From Macrostomum lignano (Eukaryota): DNA of 64,000 nucleotides. Made by a program: the position numbers and the translations under genes. This document shows, one piece after another, positions 22,701 through 33,649 of the stretch (within the stretch, counting starts at the first letter, position 1; each line of letters opens with the position of its first letter). Location of the stretch: NCBI GenBank assembly GCA_002269645.1, contig NIVC01000521.1, positions 186,001 to 250,000 on the forward strand, in the 5' to 3' direction. Below the pieces are notes generated by a model. It did no database searches, was not told the DNA's origin, and saw nothing but the letters and a program-made list of their open reading frames with translations.

Positions 22701-25020
22701 TATGTGGGAATGTTAGTAGGAAATTTATTAAATTCTTGGACGGGAGTTTTTTGTACTTTAAATTAGCAGTTTGTGGTTCTTAAAACTTGAATTCAAATTC
22801 TTGGAAAGTCTTAAGATTTCAATTTAGAATTTCTTCTAAACATACTAAATCGGAAAAAAATTAATATAGAGTTTCTATGTTTGCGTTTCTAGGAATTCCA
22901 GTTTGAGTTTTAGGAATTTCAGCTTAAGTTTCAATGAATTTCAGTTGTGATTTCTAAGAATTTCAGCTTGGGTTTCTAGGAATTTCAGTTGTGATTTCTA
23001 AGAATTTCAGCTTGGGTTTCTAGGAATTTCAGTTGTGATTTCTAAGAATTTTAGCTTGGGTTTCTAGGAATTTCAGTTGTGATTTCTAAGAACTGTAGCT
23101 TGGGTTTCTAGGAATTTCAGTTGTGATTTCTAAGAACTGTAGCTTGGGTTTCTAGGAATTTCAGTTGTGATTTCTAAGAACTGTAGCTTGGGTTTCTAGG
23201 AATTTCAGTTGTGATATCTAAGAATTTTATCTTGGGTTTCTAGGAATTTCAGTTGTGATTTCTAAGAACTGTAGCTTGGGTTTCTAGGAATTTCAGTTGT
23301 GATTTTTAAGAATTTTAGCTTGGGTTTCTAGGAATTTCAGTTGTGATTTCTAAGAACTGTAGCTTGGGTTTCTAGGAATTTCAGTTGTGATTTCTAAGAA
23401 CTGTAGCTTGGGTTTCTAGGAATTTCAGTTGTGATTTCTAAGAAATTTTAGCTTGAGTTTCCAGAAATCTTAGAATTTCTAAGAAATTCAGCTTCCGTTA
23501 TTAGAAATTCCAGTTGGGATTTCAGTAAATTAATTTCAGTCCCTATCGCAGGTTGGCGTCCTGTCCGACGACTGCCAGTCCGTGGAGACCATTGAGCCGC
23601 AGTCCAGCGCAGGGCGCGCCGTGCGCCACTGCAACAGCCTCGGCTCCCGCATCGACCTGCGCTTTAGCTTTCCGCAGCTCCCGGCCGGCCGATCCTGCCG
23701 GCGCGGTCGCGCCGCCGACGTCTGCGCTCAGAAGCGCGCCCTGGAGGTGTACGTCAACCTGGCGGCGCCGCGCCTCGGCCATCCGAGCCTTCGAGCCTCC
23801 GCCCTCTCCCTGCCTGTTGTGTTCGTCACCCACGACCAGCAGAAGGCGGCCGCCTACGCCACCGTCTGCTACGACGATCTTTTCCGAGAAACCGACGTCT
23901 TCAACGATTGGCGCCGATTGGAACGTCGGCGGGGCAGTTTCGACGTGGCGCCGTCGGTGCCAGCCGAACGGGCGCTGCTGATGCTGGACAGCCTGGCCAG
24001 GCGGCAGCTGATGCAGCCGCTGCTCTCCGTCCACATGGACTACTTCCGGCGGAAGCTGGTTGCGCTTTCCGATTCGGTATGGGCTTTTTACAGCGATCAG
24101 TGTGTAAATTAGTTCAAATACCCGATTTCTGGTAGTCAACTTTCCCACTTCCGGTAGTCGAATACCCTACTTCCGGTAGTCGAATACCCTACTTCCGGTA
24201 GTCGAATACCCTACTTCCGGTAGTCGAATACCCTACTTCCGGTAGTCGAATACCCAATTTCTGGTAGTCGAATACCCTACTTCCGGTAGTCGAATACCCT
24301 ACTTCCGGTAGTCGAATACCCTACTTCCGGTAGTCGAATACCCTACTTCCGGTAGTCGAATACCCAATTTCCGGTAGTCGAATACCCAATTTCGGTAGTC
24401 AAATAACTCCACTTCCGGTAGTCGAATACCTGCAACAAATCCAGACCCTCTTCACTCCCCCTTTCTTGTCGCAGGCCACAGCCGAGGTGACCTTCGACCA
24501 GATCGCCAAATCCAAGCTGGCCGAGTTCAACAGCCGCAGCCTGTGGGATTTCTTCTACCAATGCGTCCGGCTGATCAAGCAGCACTGCCTCAGCCTGTGG
24601 CGCCACCGGCTTCTGCTCGGCTTCGTTGAGAAAGCCGAAGCCGAGCGTCTGGTGTTGGCCAGCAACCGGCCCGGCGCGTTCCTTGTACGCCTATCCGAGT
24701 CCACCGGCCGCCTGTCCGTGACGCGGTGCCCCAGGCTTGGCCAGGCTGAGTCGCTCGATCCGTTCACCGACGCGGAGCTGCAGGCCGCGCCGCTGGCCGA
24801 CCGGCTGTTCAGCGAACCCGGCCTCGTCTGGCTGCTCGACGCCGAGGGCCGCTGCCTGGCCAAGGCGGACGCGCTGGCCGATCACGTGAACCGGTCTGGG
24901 GCCGCCGACAGGCCGCCCGCTGCCGACGGCTACGTGCCGAGACGGCGCGGGCAGACTGGCGACTGCGGCTGCGGCTGCGGACTCCTGGATGCCAGCAGTC
25001 TGGGGGAGAGCCTGCCCTGA
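19750..25020 (+). CDS. STAT: STAT family transcription factor (STAT5/6-like motifs), about 658 aa. Exons 19750-19815, 21111-21391, 22032-22143, 22253-22699, 23552-24076, 24475-25020
   Basis: N-domain (ELRSLY...FRR; EPHELVRLMQACLMEESRLL), DNA-binding domain (QVIKQ..LSLRYLAG; RRGRAADV; LSLPVVFVTHDQQ), linker (YATVCYDDLF), SH2 (GFVEKAEAERL...PGAFLVRLSES) and phosphotyrosine motif DGYV. All exons join in frame at GT-AG. Confidence 0.93.
20140..20950. repeat. 42-nt minisatellite in STAT intron 1 (core acttccggt)
   Basis: tccacttccggttgtgtctatattgcgttatgtaggttcagt. Confidence 0.92.
21420..21900. repeat. 42-nt minisatellite in STAT intron 2, related to the intron-1 repeat
   Basis: ttccacttccggttgtgtcgatattgatcctagtaggtttgg. 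Confidence 0.92.
22887..23485. promoter_or_regulatory. Minisatellite in STAT intron 4 (44-nt unit of two 22-nt halves) forming an array of GAS motifs TTCTAGGAA/TTCTAAGAA
   Basis: About 23 intact TTCYNRGAA sites at 22-bp period, plus TTCTTGGAA at 22798. Function is inferred. Confidence 0.55.
24120..24430. repeat. 22-nt minisatellite in STAT intron 5 (core acttccggt)
   Basis: acttccggtagtcgaataccct. Confidence 0.95.
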
Positions 25021-25189
25021 CAGCGGGGTTGGCTGGGTGTCGGGTGGAATTGACGGGCTGTGGGAAATTAAGAACCAATTTGATGTCAGGTGAAACCATT
25101 GGGTGTCAGGAGTGCCAGAAGTACAGGGCTTGTCGGATGGGCAAAAGAATAAGATGTGATGTCAGGGACAGGTGAGGTGTCCGGGGGGA

Positions 25190-25400
25190 ACTGGTGAAGT
25201 GTCAGATGGCGAGTGTCAGATGAGGGCAGGTGGGGTATCAGATGGGACAGGTGGGGTATCAGATGGGGCAGGTGGGGTGTCAGATGGGGCAGGTGGGGTG
25301 TCAGATGGGGCAGGTGGGGTATCAGATGGGGCAGGTGGGGTGTCAGATGAGGCAGTTGGGGTATCAGATGGGGCAGGTGGGGTGTCATAGGTACAAGTGA
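25190..25400. repeat. 21-nt G-rich repeat
   Basis: gtcagatggggcaggtggggt. Confidence 0.9.
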
Positions 25401-25809
25401 GGCGGCAGGGGAGTAGGTCAAGTGTCAGGGTAGTCAGTCAGTGTCAGTTCAAAATTGTCATCTAATTACTATAAGTAGTCCGCACCCAGCTTTTGCTAGC
25501 CAAATCAAGTTTATTTGGGCGGGAATTTTAAATTTCATAATCTGTAGCGACACCAAAGCAGCCACTTGACAACTCGTGTTACCTTGTGTTTTTGTTTTAT
25601 GTCTATCATGCACAACGCTATTCTAGTTATCATTTTCCATTGATCAATAAAATGTATTGTTGTTACTAATCTCATCCGCTTTAGTTATGGACGATTGCCA
25701 AATTCTCAACTAAAACTTTCCTGACTGACTTACTGCAGTGCCTCTTTCTGTCTTGTACTCAGGTGCATGTATGGGCTGGAGGTCTGGGCACTGCCTCCCA
25801 GATCGTCTC

Positions 25810-26100
25810 CTCTCCCTCTCCTCTCCCTCTCCCTCTCTCCTCTGCCTCTCTCCTCTGCTTCTCCTCTCCCTCTCCCTCTCTCCTCTGCTTCTCCTCTCCC
25901 TTTCCCTCTCCCTCTCTCCTCTGACTCTCCTTTCCCTCCCTCCTCTCCCACTCTCCCTCTCCTCTCTCTCTCCTCTCTTCTTCCTCTCCCTCTCCCTCTC
26001 TCCTTCTCCCTCTCTCCTCTCCCTCTCCTCTCTTCTTCCGCTCCTCTCTCCTCTTTTATCTCCCTATAGCCTCTTTTCTTCAATCAATCGCCCGTCTTTA
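25810..26100. repeat. CT-rich low-complexity tract
   Basis: Direct reading. Confidence 0.9.
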
Positions 26101-26329
26101 TCCGTCCCCTATATCCTTCGTATCTATCCTCTACCTCTTCCATCTCCCATCTGCATCTTCCCCCTATTTTCATTTCTCATCCCCAAGCCTCGCCAAGATG
26201 GCCCGAATGAAACATCATTAGTTGGATATTGAAGTTATCCGCGGTCATATATTTCTTCTGTATATTGGGGATACATCCGTGACTACTCATATTCATACAG
26301 ATTCCAAAACTCGGTCCAACCCAGCCAGG

Positions 26330-26597
26330 TCACCAGCGAATCGGATTCGGCCGAACCGGTAGCCGGCAGACTGGCCGGTTGCCGGCGTAGCGGCACTCGG
26401 TGCCCGGGCAGCAGGCGCAGCGGAACATGCCGCAGGGCTGCCTGGCCTCGGTGCATTGGTCTTCGCAGAATGGCCACGATGTTTTCAGCTGCTGGGACGA
26501 CTCGTTAACGGCGGCGTCTGCTGCGCCGGCGTTGATGATGAACAGCAACATAGTCAGGGAGACCAGGGCGACTGGCAGCTGGGTTGGCTGGTTGGAG
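26330..26597 (-). CDS. Small secreted cysteine-rich peptide, inhibitor-cystine-knot-like (terminal coding exon; start codon uncertain)
   Basis: Acceptor tttcag at 26598, hydrophobic signal LPVALVSLTMLLFIINAGAADA, then C-x3-C-x6-C-x4-C-x-CC-x4-C-x8-C (8 Cys). Confidence 0.65.
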
Positions 26598-26645
26598 CTG
26601 AAATTACAGCGTCGATTTGGGTGCAGACTGGTTGCCGACACTCCG

Positions 26646-27570
26646 CTACACAGTGTCACAGAACTGACTGACAGGTGATTGATGACGGAGCTACACAGTG
26701 TCACAGAACTGACTGACAGGTGATTGATTACGGAGCTACACAGTGTCACAGAACTGACTGACAGGTATTGCTGACGGAGCTACACAGTGTCACAGAACTG
26801 ACTGACAGGTGATTGATGACGGAGCTACACAGTGTCACAGAACTGACTGACAGGTGATTGATGACGGAGCTACAGTGTCACAGAACTGACTGACAGAGGA
26901 TTGGTGACAGAGCGAGAAAGCGTCAGTAGAATCTATGAAGGATTGGTGAAGGAGCGAGAAAGCGTCAGTAGAATCTATGAAGGATTGGTGACGGAGCCAG
27001 AAAGCGTCACTAGAATCTATGAAGGATTGGTGACGGAGCGAGAAAGCGTCACTAGAATCTATGAAGGGTTGGTGACGGAGCGAGAAAGCGTCAGTAGAAT
27101 CTATGAAGGGTTGGTGACGGAGCGAGAAAGCGTCAGTAGAATCTATGAAGGATTGGTGACGGAGCGAGAAAGCGTCAGTAGAATCTATGAAGGATTGGTG
27201 ACGGAGCGAGAAAGCGTCAGTAGAATCTATGAAGGGTTGGTGACGGAGCGAGAAAGCGTCACTAGAATCTATGAAGGATTGGTGACGGAGCGAGAAAGCG
27301 TCAGTAGAATCTATGAAGGGTTGGTGACGGAGCGAGAAAGCGTCAGTAGAATCTATGAAGGGTTGGTGACGGAGCGAGAAAGCGTCAGCAGAATCTATGA
27401 AGGATTGGTGACGGAGCGAGAAAGCGTCACTAGAATCTATGAAGGATTGGTGACGGAGCGAGAAAGCGTCAGCAGAATCTATGAAGGATTGGTGACGGAG
27501 CGAGAAAGCGTCAGTAGAATCTATGAAGGATTGGTGACGGAGCGAGAAAGCGTCAGCAGAATCTATGAAG
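26646..27570. repeat. Adjacent 45-nt (26646-26895) and 39-nt (26898-27570) minisatellites
   Basis: ctacacagtgtcacagaactgactgacagg...; gattggtgacggagcgagaaagcgtcagtagaatctatgaag. Confidence 0.95.
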
Positions 27571-29734
27571 GATCAGATATGATGCCGGGAGTGCCACTAG
27601 AATTGATTAATTAAGGATTAGTAACGGTTAATGCATATACACTGTAATGTCACGTGACTGCATGACTTCTATCTGTGCAACGCATTCACCTTCACCCGTA
27701 GCCGAGGCAGCAGTTCAGGAAATTTTGAAAGCTTTGCATTATTTCAACTAGTATAACTTGAGTGGAATTTCTTATCAAAACAATTTGCAAACGCAGCGGC
27801 AGAGCAAGCAATTCGTTTGTTGGAAAATTTTTCCCCTAATCTGGACGCGAAAAGTAGCAAGAAGGTTGGCATTCGCTCGCTCGAACTCCAAATGCTTGAG
27901 CTGCCCGCTATCAGTGGCGCTCAGGTCCAACTAAAATTTGCAAGTTGCTTTCATAATTGGCGCTCAGCAGGTGGAGATCAAGTAAGTAGGGGACTTGCTC
28001 TGTTCTAAACTAATTTTTTCTTATCTCAACTCCACCGACAGACTCGCAGTAACTGAGCTATGCAATTCAATCGCAAGTCTGAAGTTGGAAGGGAAAATGT
28101 AAAAAGTTAATAAACAAAAAATCACCTCGTTTTAGCCATTTCTGGAGTTTAGCCTCAAGGATTAATTTGATGGCTCGAAGCTTCCGAACTTTTAATCTTT
28201 GAACGCTAATTGCACTGGAATTCGTTAAGTCCTCGTTTCAATGTACATGTAGCTCACTAGTAAATAAATTTATTAGTCTCAAAGCTTCAACACAGCCAGC
28301 CCTTTAGAGTACTTTCGTATCCTTGTGCTTTCTGCAGTCTATGGCCAGAGTGTGGGTTCTCTAAGGCCGAATTCTTCATTATCGACTCGTTCCCGGCTTG
28401 AACTTTAATTGAAAGACACTACGACAAAAATAAGTTTAAAAATTGAAATGCTTTCTTAGAAAAAATAGCGATCATTCTGTCGTTTATTTTATTGTTTAAA
28501 AAAGTTCAATACAAGCAAATAAAATTTAAATAATTTTATTTAAAACTTGCGTCTTTGTTGGCGCGAATTTGAAGATTTGAATTTAAAAGAAAATACAATC
28601 AATAAATGAGATGAGAAAATATCAAAAATGTAAAAAAATGGGCAACGATGCTTAAAGCTCAGCGAGTGACAGCTGCGCAGACTGCTTCCAATCACATTGC
28701 TGAGTTAATGACCAAATTGTTTAATAAAGCCATTCTCCCAGTGTCTTAATAGCGATGGAAGAAATGTACACAGCTGACAAACAGAAGCTTAAGATTGTGT
28801 TAAACTTGGATTTGAAACCTTCTTGCCGAACAAAGCGACTCAACACCAGCTGTCAGAATGGCTTTCTCTCTCTATGACAGCTCCGAAATGGCCTCTGAGA
28901 CAGGATATTTCAGCCTCATATTTGGCGAGAGAAAACGCATCCTGTACAGCTGATGCCGAACCGCCAAGAGTACACCAGCTGGGAGCTAGAGGGTTCGGTA
29001 TTCGACACGCTGCAGATCCGGCCGACCTCTCTGCAGTCCGCGAACTCGACAGCCGATTCAGATTCAGAATTCAATTTCAGCAGATTACAAACGGAAAGTG
29101 CAGCGGCTGTCGGGGGGCTCCCAACGGCGGCTGTTTAAATGCTGTCGGCGCTATCAGCTGGGTAGGGTGAGGCGGGGGGGCACAGCGCCGCAGCGGGTTG
29201 CCGATAAGGCAGGGGGCGACCCGTGCCAGCGATAACTTCGCCTGCCTCTCGTGTGTCAGGCACTGTCAGGCCCTGCAGTGGCAGCCTGAGTTGCCTTCAA
29301 ACCCCCGCAGAGGGGTGACACAAGCGGTGGGCGGGGGGGGGGTGATTATCAGGTGCAATCGGGGCCAGCTCCAAGTTCGAACCGGTTTCCATAGGAGAGT
29401 CTTCTGCTTCTGCACCAGCCTTTCCAATAGGCTGGCTTATCAGCTGAGAGAGGCGAGTGAAGTTTTGCTTGGCAATCAAGAAGCCAACAGGCTGCACCGG
29501 CTTCAAAGGCAGGTAAAAGGGTCCGGTGTCAGGGTCCACTCGGCACTGACCTTCCAGTTTTTAGGGGCCGAATTGGCTGCACTCAAATTATTGCCATCGG
29601 GTAACAGCTGAGAGCAATCAGCTGATGTGTCTGCTTGTACTTTTAAACTGCCTGAAAAATGGTTTTTTTACTGTTTTGTTTTACTGAATGTCATCCGGGT
29701 TGAATTACAAAAGCTGGCTTAGATTTAGATTAGG

Positions 29735-30300
29735 TGGGGTGATTTGGGTAGATTCAGTGGGGTGATTGGGGTAGATTCAGTGGCGTGATTGGTGTAGATT
29801 TAGTGGTATGATTGGGGTAGATTTAGTGGTATGATTGGGGTAGATTCAGTGGTATGATTGGGGTAGATTCAGTGGCGTGATTGGAGTAGATTCAGTGGTT
29901 ACAGATTGGGGTAGATTCAGTGGGGTGATTAGGGTAGATTCAGTGGTTACAGATTGGGGTAGATTCAGTGGGGTGATTGGGGTAGATTCAGTGGGGTGAT
30001 TGGGGTAGATTCAGTGGTTACAGATTGGGGTAGATTCAGTGGTTACAGAATGGGGTAGATTCAGTGGGGTGATTGGGGTAGATTCAGTGGGGTGATTGGG
30101 GTAGATTCAGTGGGGTGATTGGGGTAGATTCAGTGGTTACAGAATGGGGTAGATTCAGTGGTTACAGATTGGGGTAGATTTAGTGGTTACAGAATGGGAT
30201 AGATTTAGTGGTTACAGAATGGGATAGATTTAGTGGTTACAGAATGGGATAGATTTAGTGGGGTGATGGGGGTAGATTCAGTGGGGAGATTGTGGTAGAC
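29735..30300. repeat. 22-25-nt G-rich minisatellite
   Basis: gattggggtagattcagtgg units. Confidence 0.9.
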
Positions 30301-31219
30301 TGAGGTTGGAGATTTCGATATATTCAGCACAGATGAGACTCAATAGAGTCGTCAATAAGATTTTTGTAGACTTCAAGCGCATTTTTCTGCTGCTTGATTT
30401 TCTAAAATTTCACTTACAATGCTTTTTCTGCTACTACTAGTAGTAGCAAATCAATGATGCATAAAATTAGATTAGTTTTTAACATTCAAAATGCAATTTT
30501 ATGACTGTTTATTTTCCTTTTGATAATCATAAGGATGATTGGAATCTAATACATTAAGACCACTCGTTTAACAACAAAGGGACAAGAGTCTCCATCGCCG
30601 TTCCATGCTCCACATCTTCCAACATCCGTTCTTCAGACGGAACAAGGAAGCTCAGTAATGATGGACCGTCGGACCCTCAGACCTCAGACTCATTTCGTTT
30701 CGTCATCACTGTTGCAATTCCAGGATCTGCTGCCCCCAGGCTGGGGAGCACGCAGGCCCTCTGACCCGTGGCACTCTGCCTGGTCATTGCAATAATAAAT
30801 GGAACAAAAGAGGTGGTCACGTGTGCCAATGAGACCTACAATAACTGGTCTTTGGGGGGGGGGGGGCGAAGAGTGTGGGAAGAATCCCCTGTTATAATAC
30901 TTCCTTATTATACGCCTTTGCCGCCCGCATGCGTTCGGTTTGTGGGCGAAGCTCTATAGAGGAAGTGTCTGGAGTAGGGGAGGAAGGAGTCTGCATGCAA
31001 TTTCTTTGAAATTTGATTTGAATAAGGCGCTTAATTTTGATATCTGGATGTTGTTGTTGTTGTTGCTTTTGTAGTTCATGATTGTTGTTCATGATGAACA
31101 ATGGGGTTTACGAGTATGATAGATAATTGCTAACTTATTTTTTACCCTCTCTATAGTACACTCGCAAGTTGCTTTCGTAAAGCCCAAAAAGGAATGTGGA
31201 AGGAAAGAAGCCCTCTCCT

Positions 31220-31898
31220 CTCGAGAGGGAGAGATGAGAAAGAAGATGAGATGAAAGAGAAGATGAGAGAGGAGAGGAGAGGAGAGGAGAGGAGAGGAGA
31301 GGAGAGGAGAGGAGAGGAGAGGAGAGGAGAGGAGAGGAGAGGAGAAGAGAGAGAGGAGAAGAGAGGAGAGGAGAAGAGAGGAGAGGAGAAGAGAGGAGAG
31401 GAGAAGAGAGGAGAGGAGAGAGAGGAGAAGAGAGAGAGGAGAAGAGAGGAGAGGAGAAGAGAGGAGAGGAGAAGAGAGGAGAGGAGAGGAGAGGAGAAGA
31501 AAGGAGAGGAGAAGAGAGGAGAGGAGAAGAGAGGAAAGGAGAGGAGAGGAGAAGAGAGGAGAGGAGAAGAGAGGAGAGGAGAGGAGAGGAGAAGAAAGGA
31601 GAGGAGAAGAGAGGAGAGGAGAAGAGAGGAAAGGAAAGGAGAGGAGAGGAGAGGAGAGGAGAGGAGAGGAGAGGAGAGGAGAGGTGAGGAGAGGAGAGGA
31701 GAGGAGAGGAGAGGAGAGGAGAGGAGAGAGAGAGAAGGGAAGAGGGAGAGAGGAGAGGAGAGGAGAGGAGAGGAGAGGAGAGGAGAGGAGAGGAGAGGAA
31801 AGGGGAGGAGAGGAGAGCAGAGGAGAGGAGAGGAAAGGAAAGGAAAAGAGAGGAGAGGAGAGGAGAGGAGAGGAGAGCAGAGGAGAGGAGAGGAGAGG

Positions 31899-31949
<51 letters not shown>

Positions 31950-31970
31950 GAAGAGGGAGAGAGGAGAGCT
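31220..31970. repeat. (AGGAG)n/GA-rich tract
   Basis: Direct reading. Confidence 0.95.
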
Positions 31971-32619
31971 CAGAAGAGACGCAAGCCTTGAGCGGGCCGG
32001 ATTGCTATTTTGAAGTTTCAAAGGACCCAAGGGCTGGTAAGAGAGGCTTCGCGGGCCAAAGGTTGCCCCTCCTGCAGCCAGTCAAGTGTCACAAAATTTC
32101 CCAATCCAGATTGTTACGCCTTGGATCTCCTTGTCCGCGCGGTCAGATGCGGGCTGCTGTTTTAATTCAATTCGACACCTTCGCCCCAGACTCCCAAGGC
32201 CTGACTGGCCTTTCTCTGCCGTCAACACCACCGCGTGGCCTTCCTTTGCCCTGCGCCCAACCGGACCTGCGGGTCCCGCATCCTCAGCAACTTATAATTG
32301 CGGAACCAAGGCAGTGAGCGAACCAAACAGGGGGCGGGGTGATTTTGGTGTTGGAGAGATGAAGCAAGAAAAACGTCCAAAACTGAGGTGGGGGCCCGCA
32401 TCTTGCCCACCCGCTGATGTCTCGATGATGAACGAACAAAAAGCCTGGGAGAAGTGAGACGAGACCGCTATGATAATTCATTTTTTGGTAAACAGTCCTA
32501 TCAAAGTCTTCTGTGACTTGATTTGAAAATGCATCCAAAAATTTCTTGTGCTCTTGTGGACTCTTTCAGATATTTTAACTCGTTTCCAGATGGCATCCAC
32601 GTGTAGCTTTTAAATTGCT

Positions 32620-33090
32620 TCCAGGTATAGCTTCCAAATAGCTTTTAAATTCGTTCCAAGTATAGCTTCCAAATATAGCTTCCAAGTATAGCTTCCAAGC
32701 ATAGCTTCCAAGTATAGCTTCCAAGTATGGCTTCCAAGCATAGCTTCCAAGTATGGCTTCCAATTAGCTTCCAAGTATAGCTTCCAAGTATAGCTTCCAA
32801 GTATAGCTTCCAAGTATAGCTTCCAAGCATAGCTTCCAAGTATGGCTTCCAATTAGCTTCCAAGTATAGCTTCCAAGTATAGTTTCCAAGTATAGCTTCC
32901 AAGTATAGCTTCCAAGCATAGCTTCCAAGCATAGCTTCCAAGTATAGCTTCCAAGCATAGCTTCCAAGCATAGCTTCCAAGTATAGCTTCCAAGCATAGC
33001 TTCCAAGCATAGCTTCCAAGTATAGCTTCCAAGTATAGCTTCCAAGCATAGCTTCCAAGTATAGCTTCCAAGTATAGCTTCCAAGTATAG
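32620..33090. repeat. 13-nt minisatellite
   Basis: ttccaagtatagc. Confidence 0.95.
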
Positions 33091-33649
33091 TTGTCATTGC
33101 ACTACAGAATTATTTATTTTATTACTGCCTGCCTAGGGCAGAATGACAGAGGTCACCTGCCGTTCTCCTCTGCATATTAATTATCAATACGCAGTCTGGT
33201 ATATCTGTTTATATAGAGTACTGACTGACTAAATCCCAGTCAAAGGCAGGGCATTCAGCTGTTTAACCCCCACGCAAGGCTGCACCTACGTGTAATTAAT
33301 TCCTAGAAATGCAACCAGGCGATCCCACCTGGTATAATTTCGATAAATCCCCCATATTGATAAAATCGAGCCACTCAATCCAAGCTCGCGCAGCACGAAA
33401 CCAAAGGCAGAGTGGAAGCTTCTCTTTGCGATGGGAAAAATCTTTTTAGTCACGAATTTCCCCCTTTTTCAGAGTCAGTTTAGTTTGGCTTAGTCAAGCA
33501 AAAATAATTGAGCCGGTTCACAGACACGCGACCAAAGGTTTAGCTCTCATGCATACCCGATACCTATTGTTGTTGGGATGAATCCCAGTGCACCCAAAAT
33601 AGGGATTTCTTTGAAAATTGATATCCTCCTAAATCTGCTTGAGTTCGAT

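Noticed and set aside
26901-27614. 237-aa ORF of VTERESVSRIYEGL repeats
   Set aside because: A 39-nt minisatellite whose unit happens to be stop-free; no start context or splice support
28640-29620. Coding-looking ORFs on both strands
   Set aside because: No recognisable motif, interrupted frames, no consistent splice model
31089-32030. Ser/Leu- and Glu/Arg-rich long ORFs
   Set aside because: (AGGAG)n low-complexity artefacts; the same applies to ORFs at 128-403, 12670-13125, 25730-26232 and 36186-37252
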